Shown: positions 25,585 to 34,541 of the stretch, one piece after another
Layout: every line of letters begins with the position of its first letter
How positions within the stretch are numbered: position 1 is the first letter of the stretch
Assembly: GCA_017883965.1 (NCBI GenBank)
Contig: JAFNKG010000002.1
Span: forward strand, 4,528-68,527
DNA from: Candidatus Methanophagales archaeon
GTDB lineage: Archaea; Halobacteriota; Syntropharchaeia; Alkanophagales; Methanospirareceae
Direction of reading: 5' to 3'
DNA length: 64,000 bases
The notes under the pieces: generated by a model
What the model was told of the DNA's origin: nothing
The model's input: the letters and a program-made list of their open reading frames with translations, nothing else
The model's database searches: none
Made by a program: the position numbers and the translations under genes

Positions 25585-27276
25585 CTAGCCACGCATTGGC
25601 GCTTTTATCTCGTATGGATTCGGCACGTAAGCATCCTGAACCGGATAATTCGCGAAAGTGACCGAGTAGTAATGCTCGAATTTGTCTTTCAGATTAGGCA
25701 TCATCTCTTCAGTTAGTTTCGGGTCACATTCCGGCGTTACGAAAAACGTTCTACCCGCAGGTGCTGCTACTACTTCCCCGTCCATCACCACTACTTGACC
25801 GCCTTTTATGGTGTATTTCGTATTTAAGAACGCTTTTTGTATTTTTCCCGCATCTCGCTCCTCGGGTGTAATATCATAAATCGCAACGTCTGCGTCTGCA
25901 CCTAAACCTAAATGCCCCTTTCCATGCGCGTCTAACCCCAATATCTTCGCCGTGCCTGCTCTCGTTATTATTGCTATCTCATATAAATCAAGCTCTCTGT
26001 CTATCGAAGGCAGTTCTGCTTTTTTGTATATCGCGGAATGCATATCTGCCGCTGATTCATCACGTCTCTTCTTGCTCATGAGCATCGAAATTAGAATCGG
26101 ATACCCGACAAAAGGACCGGCATTTGGATGGTCTGTCGTAAGTGCAACCTTCCACGGGTCTTTAATCAATAACGCAAGTTCCATGCCTATCGCCCATTGA
26201 AGGGTATGCACGCTCACTTTCCCGGAATATAAGAAAGGAGTTATTCCTGAGCCTGTTTCAAGTTCGACATCGTGATTCGTCCATTTACGACCCGTTATCT
26301 GATGCAAACTATATTCCATCGGTCCATCTGCGGTCATTGTCGTTGTATCACCAAGGATTACCGAGCCGAGGTCAATGCTAACGTGCTCGTTATTGTTTAC
26401 ATAATCCGCAATAGCCTTCGCCTTAGACTCGAAATCGCCCCAGGTCGTTCCTCCGTATGCAAAGAACTGCGTATGCGTCGCATGCATAACCGGACGGTCT
26501 TTGGTGGCTTTCACGCCCTTCACGAGGTCATATGTATCCAATGTCATTTCGTAATTCCCCGGATGCCCGAGCATATTCCCATGCACGTGGATGCTGTGCG
26601 GCATCTCGAACTTCTCATTCGCCTCCGCTAACGCCTTTACGATTTCCGCAGGCGTAACGTCGAAATGAGGCACTGCATCATTTAAATCGCAGTTCTTTGC
26701 CCACGCCCACGCCTCTGTTCCTCCTGGATTTACCACTTTTACGCCATATCCCTTCGTTGCTTTTATTATCCACGCAATGTATGCTGCAAGCAGGTCTATA
26801 TCACCACTCTTCACGTAATCCATCGTCATCCAGTTGTTATCAATAAGCGGAATTGTAGCATTGTCCAGTATGGGCGTGTCAATCAGTTCCTCATGTGTGT
26901 GCCGTGCCGCAAGAGGTGGCATTGCTGGCTCCATCACAAATGTATAGCCCATCTTCGCATACCGGTAGCCAGTAGCAAATGTGTTTGGCACGGAATAGCC
27001 GGAACATGCACGGCATGCTGTCGTTTTTGGTTCACTTCCTCTTCTACCATCTTCAGGTCTGAAAAGCCGTCCAGAATTTACTTTACCACCTGCAATGTGC
27101 GCATGTACGTCAACACCGCCTGGCATCACCACTCTTCCTTTTGCATCTAACACCGTCGGATTCTTTACCTCTGCCACTACCTTGCCATCTCTAATGCAAA
27201 TATCCTTCTTCTCTCCGTTCACTCCATTTATAGGGTCGTAAACCACTCCATTTTTTATCAATAATTCTATTGCCAT
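25585..27276 (-). CDS. fwdA: formylmethanofuran dehydrogenase subunit A (amidohydrolase)
   Basis: 563 aa; PGGVDVHAHIAGGKVN metal-binding motif, length and order match FwdA. Confidence 0.9.
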   Translation of the reverse strand: MAIELLIKNGVVYDPINGVNGEKKDICIRDGKVVAEVKNPTVLDAKGRVVMPGGVDVHAHIAGGKVNSGRLFRPEDGRRGSEPKTTACRACSGYSVPNTFATGYRYAKMGYTFVMEPAMPPLAARHTHEELIDTPILDNATIPLIDNNWMTMDYVKSGDIDLLAAYIAWIIKATKGYGVKVVNPGGTEAWAWAKNCDLNDAVPHFDVTPAEIVKALAEANEKFEMPHSIHVHGNMLGHPGNYEMTLDTYDLVKGVKATKDRPVMHATHTQFFAYGGTTWGDFESKAKAIADYVNNNEHVSIDLGSVILGDTTTMTADGPMEYSLHQITGRKWTNHDVELETGSGITPFLYSGKVSVHTLQWAIGMELALLIKDPWKVALTTDHPNAGPFVGYPILISMLMSKKRRDESAADMHSAIYKKAELPSIDRELDLYEIAIITRAGTAKILGLDAHGKGHLGLGADADVAIYDITPEERDAGKIQKAFLNTKYTIKGGQVVVMDGEVVAAPAGRTFFVTPECDPKLTEEMMPNLKDKFEHYYSVTFANYPVQDAYVPNPYEIKAPMRG

Positions 27277-27304
27277 CGTTTTTTATCTCCTCTGTAATGC
27301 TATT

Positions 27305-28603
27305 TTATAATCTCCTGCTCAGCGTCAGTAGCCTGGTTTCTTTCAATATCCCCTTCATTATCGCTTCATCCGTCATGTATTCCGTATCTACTATCTTCCG
27401 CAGTCTCAACGGGATGTTGTCCATCCTATAAACCGTTCCTTCCGCTTCTATTCCGCTTATCGCAGCCGGAATAACAACATCTGCAAATTCGGTCGTTGGG
27501 TTCGCATAAGGGTCTATTTGAATAACAGGGATCTTAGATAGGTGTCTTATTGACTCGCCGGGGAAATGTGCTCCCGGGTCAGTAGCGATAAACAATGCCG
27601 CATCACACTCGCCTCTCATTAAAAGGTCCGTAGATGACGTCTCACCAGGGTTATACCACGCATAACCTTCAGATAAGTCAACGGAATATGGAAACCCGGT
27701 TTCCCACGTGCATACCTGATTGAACCCATTTACGTTGTAATGACCCCTCATTGGCATTATATTAAATTTAGTATGCTTATGAGCGGCTCTCGTTACCTGT
27801 ATTGCATTTACGATGTTGTTGTGCCTCCCGCGGGAATGCGTCACGCCCATACCGAAGAAAATTATCCCGAATTTCGTTTCTTCCATCATCTTCACAAGTT
27901 CTAACAGGTCTTTCTTCGGCACGCCTCCTACTTCTTCCGGAACCACGTCTTCATAGCCCAGTAAAAGTGCTCTTAGCGCAGAGAGCACCAAATAATCTTT
28001 ACCCGGCTCTATCCGTATGAATACGTCCGCAAGCTTCGCCGACTTCGTCTCTCTTACATCTACCACTGCGAGCTTCTTCTCTTTCTTGCCCTCCGGCAGG
28101 AAATAGCCCTTTGAAATATATGAATACCGCTTCATGTGGTTACCATGTGCCGCGGCAGGATTCGCACCCCAGTATATCACGAGGTCTGCACGGTTCTTTA
28201 CCTCTCCAAGCGTGCAGGAAGGCAGACCAACATCCTGAATCGCCAGCACAGAAGGTCCGTGACACACCGAAGCCGTGTTATCTATAACCGCACCTATTTC
28301 CTCCGCAAGCTCTATCCCTACTTTACTCGCTTCACAAACCGTTGAACTCCAACCATACATAAGCGGTCTTCTCGCAGCCGCCAGTATTTCCGCTGTCCTT
28401 TTTATCGCCGCATCGTAAGAACAGTCCTTCAAAATGCCGTTCTCTCGTATCGCAGGACTTGTTATCCTCCCATGCCCCATTAACTTGCTCTTTCCCACCG
28501 CACATGCTCCCTTCACTTTCGTCACCTTGTTATCCTCGACTTCCACCACCACGTCATCGCATACACAGCCGCACAATGGACATACAACGTCTGTTACTTC
28601 CAT
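27305..28603 (-). CDS. fwdB: formylmethanofuran dehydrogenase subunit B (W/Mo-pterin subunit), Cys-type
   Basis: 432 aa; N-terminal CPLCGCVCDD [4Fe-4S] motif, TASVCHGPS active-site Cys (not Sec). Confidence 0.9.
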   Translation of the reverse strand: MEVTDVVCPLCGCVCDDVVVEVEDNKVTKVKGACAVGKSKLMGHGRITSPAIRENGILKDCSYDAAIKRTAEILAAARRPLMYGWSSTVCEASKVGIELAEEIGAVIDNTASVCHGPSVLAIQDVGLPSCTLGEVKNRADLVIYWGANPAAAHGNHMKRYSYISKGYFLPEGKKEKKLAVVDVRETKSAKLADVFIRIEPGKDYLVLSALRALLLGYEDVVPEEVGGVPKKDLLELVKMMEETKFGIIFFGMGVTHSRGRHNNIVNAIQVTRAAHKHTKFNIMPMRGHYNVNGFNQVCTWETGFPYSVDLSEGYAWYNPGETSSTDLLMRGECDAALFIATDPGAHFPGESIRHLSKIPVIQIDPYANPTTEFADVVIPAAISGIEAEGTVYRMDNIPLRLRKIVDTEYMTDEAIMKGILKETRLLTLSRRL

Positions 28604-28624
28604 TTTTTATCATTTACCCCCTTT

Positions 28625-29038
28625 TTATTTCATATAACCCTGCAACAGTTCTTTTACAGGCAGAACTGCCTCTCCTGTCTTCTCTATCTTCGCATCCATA
28701 CCCTTAAATTGAGGCATGCCGGCACCATGTGTATTCCCGCTCACCACAGCATTTGCCCAGGGACCCATAGGCATAAAAGCAACCCCTTCTGGATTGCCAT
28801 CCGCTTTCTTCGCTTTCACTACCACTTCTCCGGCATTCGTTTTTACTTTCACATGCTCACCCACAGCCACGCCCAGTTTTTCCATGTCACTCCCGTTTAA
28901 CTCGCAGATTGCCGCTGCATTGAAGTATTCTTCCGAGAGTTTGTTCTCCAAATTAGAACCTTGAGCAACCGTTCTCCCATTTATTAACTTTACTTCTATC
29001 CCCATTTTTATCCGCTTTTTACTCATGCAGACAAACAT
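28625..29038 (-). CDS. fwdD: formylmethanofuran dehydrogenase subunit D
   Basis: 137 aa (or 126 aa from M12 at 29005, favoured by a TATA-like tttaaat at 29048-29054); molybdopterin-dinucleotide-binding-domain-like small subunit preceding fwdB. Confidence 0.8.
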   Translation of the reverse strand: MFVCMSKKRIKMGIEVKLINGRTVAQGSNLENKLSEEYFNAAAICELNGSDMEKLGVAVGEHVKVKTNAGEVVVKAKKADGNPEGVAFMPMGPWANAVVSGNTHGAGMPQFKGMDAKIEKTGEAVLPVKELLQGYMK

Positions 29039-29045
29039 TTAAACT

Positions 29046-29058
29046 TTTCGATATTTAC
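29046..29058 (-). promoter_or_regulatory. candidate BRE/TATA box of fwdDBAC operon
   Basis: Minus-strand cgaaaagTTTAAATg ~25-30 nt upstream of the probable start (29005) of fwdD. Confidence 0.3.
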
Positions 29059-29159
29059 TCGTGTTACATCTGGTTCACGAGAATCACGACCCTTTATTTA
29101 AGTTATACTTTAGATTTCTTATTGTAAATTTGGAAATACTCATGAGGTGTGCGTGTGCG

Positions 29160-29987
29160 ATGAAAAAAATATACGGTATTATCGGCGACCCAATAGCACA
29201 CAGCCTTTCTCCAGTTATGCATAATGCCGTTTTTGAGAAACTCGGCCTGGATGCGATTTATCTTGCGTTTAGAGTCTCAAAGGATGAGCTTGGAGATGCG
29301 ATAAGAGGGGCGAAAAGCCTCGGCATTTCAGGTCTTAGCGTTACCATACCGCTGAAGGAAAAAGCGCTCTCTTTCGTGGATGCTGAAGAAGTAGCGAAGA
29401 AAATAGGTGCAATAAATACCATTGATTTCAGCAGTGGCACGCCCGTTGCCTATAATACCGATGGGATAGGTTCGTTGAGAGTATTGAAAGAGACAGTGAG
29501 CGAAATAAAAGGTAAAAAGGTGTTAATTCTCGGTGCTGGTGGTGCTGCAAAAGCTATTTCCTTTTATCTCGATGCTGAAGGTGCAAGGGTGACAATAGCA
29601 AACAGGACGAAAGAAAGAGCCGCTCTGTTGGCTTCTAATCTCCGTAATGCGAATTCTATTGGCTTAGATACCGATACGCTCACAAAGAGGATTGAAGATT
29701 CGGATATTTTGATAAATGCAACTTCCGTGGGTATGCATCCACACGAGGATGCTACTTTAGTTAATGCTGATATGATGCATCCCGACCTTGTTGTATTCGA
29801 TGTCGTGTATAACCCGATGGAGACGAAATTGCTGAAAGAAGCGAAGCGTGCGGGCGTAAAAAAGATAGTGGATGGTGTGAAGATGCTCGTCTACCAGGGT
29901 GCCGCTTCGTTCAGGATATGGACAAAGGAGGAGCCGCCGATAGATGTGATGGAGAAGGCGGTTAGGGATGTTTTGATTCAGGATTAA
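29160..29987 (+). CDS. aroE: shikimate dehydrogenase
   Basis: 275 aa from MKKIYGIIGDPIAHSLSPVMHNAVF; SVTIPLKE, NTDGIG, GAGGAAKA NADP-binding motifs. Confidence 0.85.
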   Translation: MKKIYGIIGDPIAHSLSPVMHNAVFEKLGLDAIYLAFRVSKDELGDAIRGAKSLGISGLSVTIPLKEKALSFVDAEEVAKKIGAINTIDFSSGTPVAYNTDGIGSLRVLKETVSEIKGKKVLILGAGGAAKAISFYLDAEGARVTIANRTKERAALLASNLRNANSIGLDTDTLTKRIEDSDILINATSVGMHPHEDATLVNADMMHPDLVVFDVVYNPMETKLLKEAKRAGVKKIVDGVKMLVYQGAASFRIWTKEEPPIDVMEKAVRDVLIQD

Positions 29988-32272
29988 TCTTTACCCGAAT
30001 AAAGACAAAAAGAGGCAATCAGCGCATCCAGTTGAATTCGCTCATTTGCTCCCTCGGTAATTCTGTAATCCGCTTCTCCAATTCTGTCCATCAATTCCAC
30101 TTTCTTATTCGCCGGAATATCCATGTTTATCACGAGCCGATGCATCTGCGCCAATATTTCGTCCCCTGATATACCTTTATCCATCAACTCCCCCAATTTA
30201 TCCAGCGCTTCAAAGAATTTACCGTCCAATGCCTCTTTTATCAACTCTTCTATCTCCTCAGGTCTTGCAGTTGCCGTTATCTCGTATATCATCTCAGGTT
30301 TTATTTCATTGCTCAGCACCGCAGCACTTTGCAATGCATTTACTGCTCTTCGCATATCACCCACCGAAACATAGTTTATTGCCGCGACAGCATCTTCAGA
30401 CAACTTCACGCCCTCCATATCCGCTATATAATTTATACGAGACGCGATTGCATCATAAGAAAGCGATTTGAACCTGTACACGGAACATCGGGATTGGATG
30501 GGCTCTATTATCTTATATGAATAATTGCAACTGAGAATAAATCTGCACGTCCCCGAATATCGCTCCATCGTTCTTCTCAGTGCTGACTGCGCGGCATCTG
30601 TCAAAGCATCTGCCTCGTCGAGGAAAATGATTTTGAAGGCGGCATCGCCAATGGGCATGGTTCTTGCGAAGTTCTTTATGTTGTTACGGACCACTTCTAT
30701 GCCCCGTTCATCACTGTTGTGTAAAAGTATAGGTGCTGTCCCACCCCAGAACATTTCAGTCCCCGGAACAGCGACATCATAGACAAAGTCATTATATTCT
30801 TTTATCTCTATATTCTTCACCAAAACCACGGAAAGAGGTGAGTCTAACAACTTTTTCAGCTTCTTTAGCTCTTCTTCAGAGTTCGCCTCTTTTATCTTGC
30901 TGAGAATTCCCTTCACGATGCCCTTTGATATTCTCTTGCTTTTCTTGGAATAGAGCTGATGCCGCAAGGTGTACCTCCACCTCAAATTTATTTTCTTGCT
31001 TACCCTGTCTAAAAGACAAATTACAGTCCCTGCGGGCAAAAACTCTGACTTTATATATGAATAAGATGGTAGTTTCCAGGCAACCCTTGCTTCTTCTTCA
31101 AAACATGAAGTATTTAAGCCAGAAATCTTGCCCAGCCAAGTAACATCAATTAGATTCTCCTTTGACCGGGAAGAATACCTTAAAAATTCACCCCACTCCC
31201 CCATTCCGTCATTCATATATCCCTTCAGAAGTTCTAATCTATAAGGAAGGGCGGAGTTGTAGATAAAAGAAGGCGTCCTTTTTGTAGTAGCATTGTGCTT
31301 ATAGCCATCGTAAAAATTGTCCCTGACGAATTTAGCCAATTGAGTATTAAAAGTTCGTAGTTGAATCGAACTTCCTTTATTTCGATTAAATCCTGAATAT
31401 CCTATCTTCAAACCGCTCTTTAAACCAAATTTTTCGTCTAATATCTCTTGCGCTCTTTCCACTGCTTCCATCTCTTGCGAATACCCAAATACAAATACTA
31501 AACCACCGCTGGTATTTCCTCTGAAGCTTAAACACCCTTCAGCCAAGTAAGCACCGAAGAGCCAAGCCAAATCTTCATCTATATTCACATCCTTTAAGAT
31601 ATTCCCGACTTTAGGATTTCTAACCAGGACACCTTTCAAATCAATGTATAATTGTGGTTTATATCTTCCTATCTCCAATAATTTGTCCCCGTTTTCTATA
31701 ACAGTAGTAAATGTAATTAACAAATCGCTTTCCTTCAATTTGGAGACCTCTTTTGAAATTAAATTTCCCTCTTTATCCATAACTATTACAGAATGATTTA
31801 AACTGGTCTTCACCTCGCCGCCTTCATATCTTATTTCCGCTATTTTTTCCACTTTATGCCTGGAGATCAAACTTACTGGCGTGAATTTTACTTGATAATC
31901 CTTATCCACGGAAAGAACCTCTAAATCCGACAACTTTGCATATCTCTCATCTCCTTTGAAGCTTTTTTTTGCTAATTCACCAAAATTTATTCGCTTTATC
32001 TCCCCTTTCTCTCTAATTAGAATGGGTGTTTCAGGGGTTACACTCGCATTAAGTTCGGTAAAGTTCTCCGCCCAGGTATCACCATAGAGTTCCCTCGCCA
32101 TAGCGACAGCCGCGGCTGTTTTACCTACACCCGCAGGTCCGGAAAAGATGAGATGCGGTAAGTTTCTCCGCCTGACATAAGACTGGAGATTATTTATTAT
32201 GGCGTTCTGTCCTGCTACCTCTTCCAGTTTCCTCGGTCTGTATTTCTCAGTCCATATCTCCTCTCTCTGCAT
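29984..32272 (-). CDS. rfcS: replication factor C small subunit, intein-containing
   Basis: 762 aa; exteins (76 + 243 aa) give canonical RFC-S: EKYRPRKLEEV, Walker A GPAGVGKT, FTELNA|SDERGIEVVR split by insertion, DEAD box FLDEAD, SRC motif. Confidence 0.9.
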   Translation of the reverse strand: MQREEIWTEKYRPRKLEEVAGQNAIINNLQSYVRRRNLPHLIFSGPAGVGKTAAAVAMARELYGDTWAENFTELNASVTPETPILIREKGEIKRINFGELAKKSFKGDERYAKLSDLEVLSVDKDYQVKFTPVSLISRHKVEKIAEIRYEGGEVKTSLNHSVIVMDKEGNLISKEVSKLKESDLLITFTTVIENGDKLLEIGRYKPQLYIDLKGVLVRNPKVGNILKDVNIDEDLAWLFGAYLAEGCLSFRGNTSGGLVFVFGYSQEMEAVERAQEILDEKFGLKSGLKIGYSGFNRNKGSSIQLRTFNTQLAKFVRDNFYDGYKHNATTKRTPSFIYNSALPYRLELLKGYMNDGMGEWGEFLRYSSRSKENLIDVTWLGKISGLNTSCFEEEARVAWKLPSYSYIKSEFLPAGTVICLLDRVSKKINLRWRYTLRHQLYSKKSKRISKGIVKGILSKIKEANSEEELKKLKKLLDSPLSVVLVKNIEIKEYNDFVYDVAVPGTEMFWGGTAPILLHNSDERGIEVVRNNIKNFARTMPIGDAAFKIIFLDEADALTDAAQSALRRTMERYSGTCRFILSCNYSYKIIEPIQSRCSVYRFKSLSYDAIASRINYIADMEGVKLSEDAVAAINYVSVGDMRRAVNALQSAAVLSNEIKPEMIYEITATARPEEIEELIKEALDGKFFEALDKLGELMDKGISGDEILAQMHRLVINMDIPANKKVELMDRIGEADYRITEGANERIQLDALIASFCLYSGKD
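30716..32044 (-). mobile_element. intein (443 aa) with LAGLIDADG homing-endonuclease domain in rfcS
   Basis: Begins SVTPETPILIREKGE after ELNA, ends ...ILLHN followed by +1 Ser of SDERG; contains LAWLFGAYLAEGCL. Confidence 0.8.
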
Positions 32273-32317
32273 TATTGTTCACATACCTTTTTACGTCTTC
32301 ATGTATCATAAAATATT

Positions 32318-32911
32318 ATGGATATAAATTTGGATTTTGAATTATTGGTGAAGGCATTCATCATGCTATTCGTGATAATGGACCCCCCGGGCAATATTCC
32401 GATATTTATAGCGGTAACGAAGGATTTGAGGAAGAGAGAAAGGAAAAAGGAGCTTAATCACGCTGTTATCGTTGCTGCATTGCTTCTTCTTCTTTTTACA
32501 TTCCTCGGAAAGCTTGTCCTGGACATGTTGGGTATATCTCTAAATAGCTTTATGATAGCAGGCGGTATTCTCCTTTTACTCATCTCCTTCGACCTTTTAA
32601 GAGGTGAGCGCAAATACGGAGTGAGAGAAGAATCTGGAGCGGGGGTAGGAGCAGTTCCGATAGGGACTCCTTTGCTCGCCGGTCCCGGTGCTATAACAGC
32701 AGTTATGATAATACAAGCTTGGGGTGTGCCCACTGTTCTTTTTGCTATTTTCTCCGCTATCATCGCGACAAAGCTCGTATTAGGGCAATCTGAAAGGATA
32801 TACGGTATAATAGGGAAGGAGGGCTCAGAAGTATTAAGCCGTGTAATGGGGATAATAGTTGCGGCAATTGCAATAGAGTTTATTAGAAATGGATTAATGG
32901 AGATGTTTTGA
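32318..32911 (+). CDS. MarC-family (UPF0056) integral membrane protein
   Basis: 197 aa; IMDPPGNIPIF motif and 6 TM helices typical of MarC family. Confidence 0.65.
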   Translation: MDINLDFELLVKAFIMLFVIMDPPGNIPIFIAVTKDLRKRERKKELNHAVIVAALLLLLFTFLGKLVLDMLGISLNSFMIAGGILLLLISFDLLRGERKYGVREESGAGVGAVPIGTPLLAGPGAITAVMIIQAWGVPTVLFAIFSAIIATKLVLGQSERIYGIIGKEGSEVLSRVMGIIVAAIAIEFIRNGLMEMF

Positions 32912-32924
32912 GTAATTAAAAGGA

Positions 32925-32940
32925 AGGGTTTATTTTTAAA
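32925..32940 (+). promoter_or_regulatory. candidate TATA box for tRNA-Thr
   Basis: gggtttatttttaaaag ~30 bp upstream of tRNA 5' end. Confidence 0.3.
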
Positions 32941-32968
32941 AGAGAAAAAATAATAAGAAAAAACCATA

Positions 32969-33042
32969 GCCTCGGTAGCTTAGCCTGGATGAGCGGCTGA
33001 TTTGTAATCAGCAGGTCGAGGGTTCAAATCCCTCCCGGGGCT
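32969..33042 (+). tRNA. tRNA-Thr (anticodon UGU)
   Basis: Canonical cloverleaf: acceptor GCCTCGG/CCGGGGC, D-arm GCTT-AGCCTGGAT-GAGC, anticodon arm GCTGA-TTTGTAA-TCAGC, T-arm GAGGG-TTCAAAT-CCCTC; 74 nt, CCA not encoded. Confidence 0.85.
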
Positions 33043-33072
33043 TACGTGGAAAAGTTTAAAGCCTGAAATAGC

Positions 33073-34464
33073 TCATCTACTCGGATGAATTTTCTTATTC
33101 GTTCCCTCCATACGCATACGTATCACTGGTTTTGATATATGCCTTCTCGCAACCGGTGGGACTTCGTATAAGCCTTCTTCCATACCTCTATCAACAATCA
33201 CCACATCCTTATCCGCACGATAAGTCCCGCAGTGTTTACACCGGTATCCCTGCAATCTTCCCGCTGATTTCATAGTCCTCCCGCACTTATCACATTTTGG
33301 ATTCCTCTCCACCGCATTATTCAATTTCCTTATCTCTACCTTCTCGAGATTTATTGTCTTTTTCTTCAGTGACCCGAACACCGTAATTTCATCACCAACC
33401 CGTAACTCCCTTATAATATCACGAAATCCCTTCGTCGGCTCGTAAGCAATGCACTCGATACTTTTTTCCGCTGGCTTTCTGGATAGCGCGATGGAGAATA
33501 GGACATGCCCTCCTTCTATCGTCCGGGGATTGGAGCAGACCACGCCGTCCAGGACATATGAGTGGTAGTCTTGCAGCTTTTCCTTTGCATCACCAAACTT
33601 TGTGGGGCTCTGCCCCACGACCCCGCAAGCCCTGTAAGGGCTTATCAAGTGAAAATCCGTGCCTTGATTCGTTACGAACAGCATTTTCCGCTCCACCGGC
33701 TCTGCATGTATGAGTTCGTAAGCTTTGTATATAGCATCTATGCTGTCGCCTCGTATCCCAAAGAGGACTGGGCAGGGAGAGTGAGGTGCAAAAACTATAT
33801 TATTGTTCGCTACATCTACCGTATCCCAGACTAAGGGATAAGTAGCTTCATCTGATTCCCACACACTCGCTTCCTCTATAAACCTTGACTTCCCCCAGCT
33901 TTCTTTTCGCCTGTATGCCATCAGCTCGTAAGTGAAATCGTAATAATTAGGATTATTTTTTTGTAACGCTAAAAACGAAACAGCAGCTAAAGCGCCTATT
34001 ATCCCGCGTTTATTCTTCAATCCAAAGTAATCGAAGTGCAATTCGGAAATGATTGCATAAGCATTTTCTATCTTCAGCACTTCTCTCACTGCATTCTCGT
34101 AAAAGTTCTTTAACATGCTCTCGCTCTGCTCTTCTCGCTCTTTTCCACTAATCGCATTTAAGGCGTTATCATCAATAAAAACAACTCCGGGATTTGTTTC
34201 CTCTTCTCTTAACTCCGATAGCTCACTTACTCGCGCTTTGACCACTTCTTTCACTTTTTCCTCTTTCCCGTTGGCTATCCTTATCTCAAAAGATACTGCT
34301 CCGTTGCCTCTTGTTTTAAATGGTATGCAGGGATTCAGTCTCACCAACCTCGGAGTCGAAACTTCTCCATATCCTCGTTTCTTGAGCTCGTCAACTAAAA
34401 CTGCACATAGATATGTGGTGCACAACCCTTTCCTCGAATCTGTATCGTCTATTCCGATGATCAT
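33073..34464 (-). CDS. tiaS: tRNA(Ile2) 2-agmatinylcytidine synthetase TiaS, with in-frame palindromic-repeat insertion
   Basis: 463 aa; N-terminal MIIGIDDTDSRKGLCTTYL, C-terminal OB and zinc ribbon (CDKCGRTMKSAG...CKHCG); residues ...LISPYRACGVVGQSPTKF encoded by element E copy (33597-33645). Confidence 0.75.
   Translation of the reverse strand: MIIGIDDTDSRKGLCTTYLCAVLVDELKKRGYGEVSTPRLVRLNPCIPFKTRGNGAVSFEIRIANGKEEKVKEVVKARVSELSELREEETNPGVVFIDDNALNAISGKEREEQSESMLKNFYENAVREVLKIENAYAIISELHFDYFGLKNKRGIIGALAAVSFLALQKNNPNYYDFTYELMAYRRKESWGKSRFIEEASVWESDEATYPLVWDTVDVANNNIVFAPHSPCPVLFGIRGDSIDAIYKAYELIHAEPVERKMLFVTNQGTDFHLISPYRACGVVGQSPTKFGDAKEKLQDYHSYVLDGVVCSNPRTIEGGHVLFSIALSRKPAEKSIECIAYEPTKGFRDIIRELRVGDEITVFGSLKKKTINLEKVEIRKLNNAVERNPKCDKCGRTMKSAGRLQGYRCKHCGTYRADKDVVIVDRGMEEGLYEVPPVARRHISKPVIRMRMEGTNKKIHPSR
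33597..33645 (-). repeat. palindromic repeat element E, intragenic in-frame copy within tiaS
   Basis: Reverse complement taagcccttacagggcttgcggggtcgtggggcagagccccacaaag = 45/47 match to 5993-6039. Confidence 0.65.
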
Positions 34465-34541
34465 ACCAACTTTCTTTTAAAAAGAAAATTTGAGCAAAAA
34501 AATTTATATTATAAGCTATTTCTAAATTTAAAGTGATAAAA

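Noticed and set aside
24988-25588. Several 90-200-aa plus-strand ORFs inside fwdC/fwdA (24988-25584, 25050-25322, 25271-25588) and similar antisense ORFs inside fwdB, RACo, MCP, tiaS, polD
   Set aside because: Antisense to well-supported conserved genes; proline/serine-rich low-complexity translations typical of GC-skewed antisense frames.
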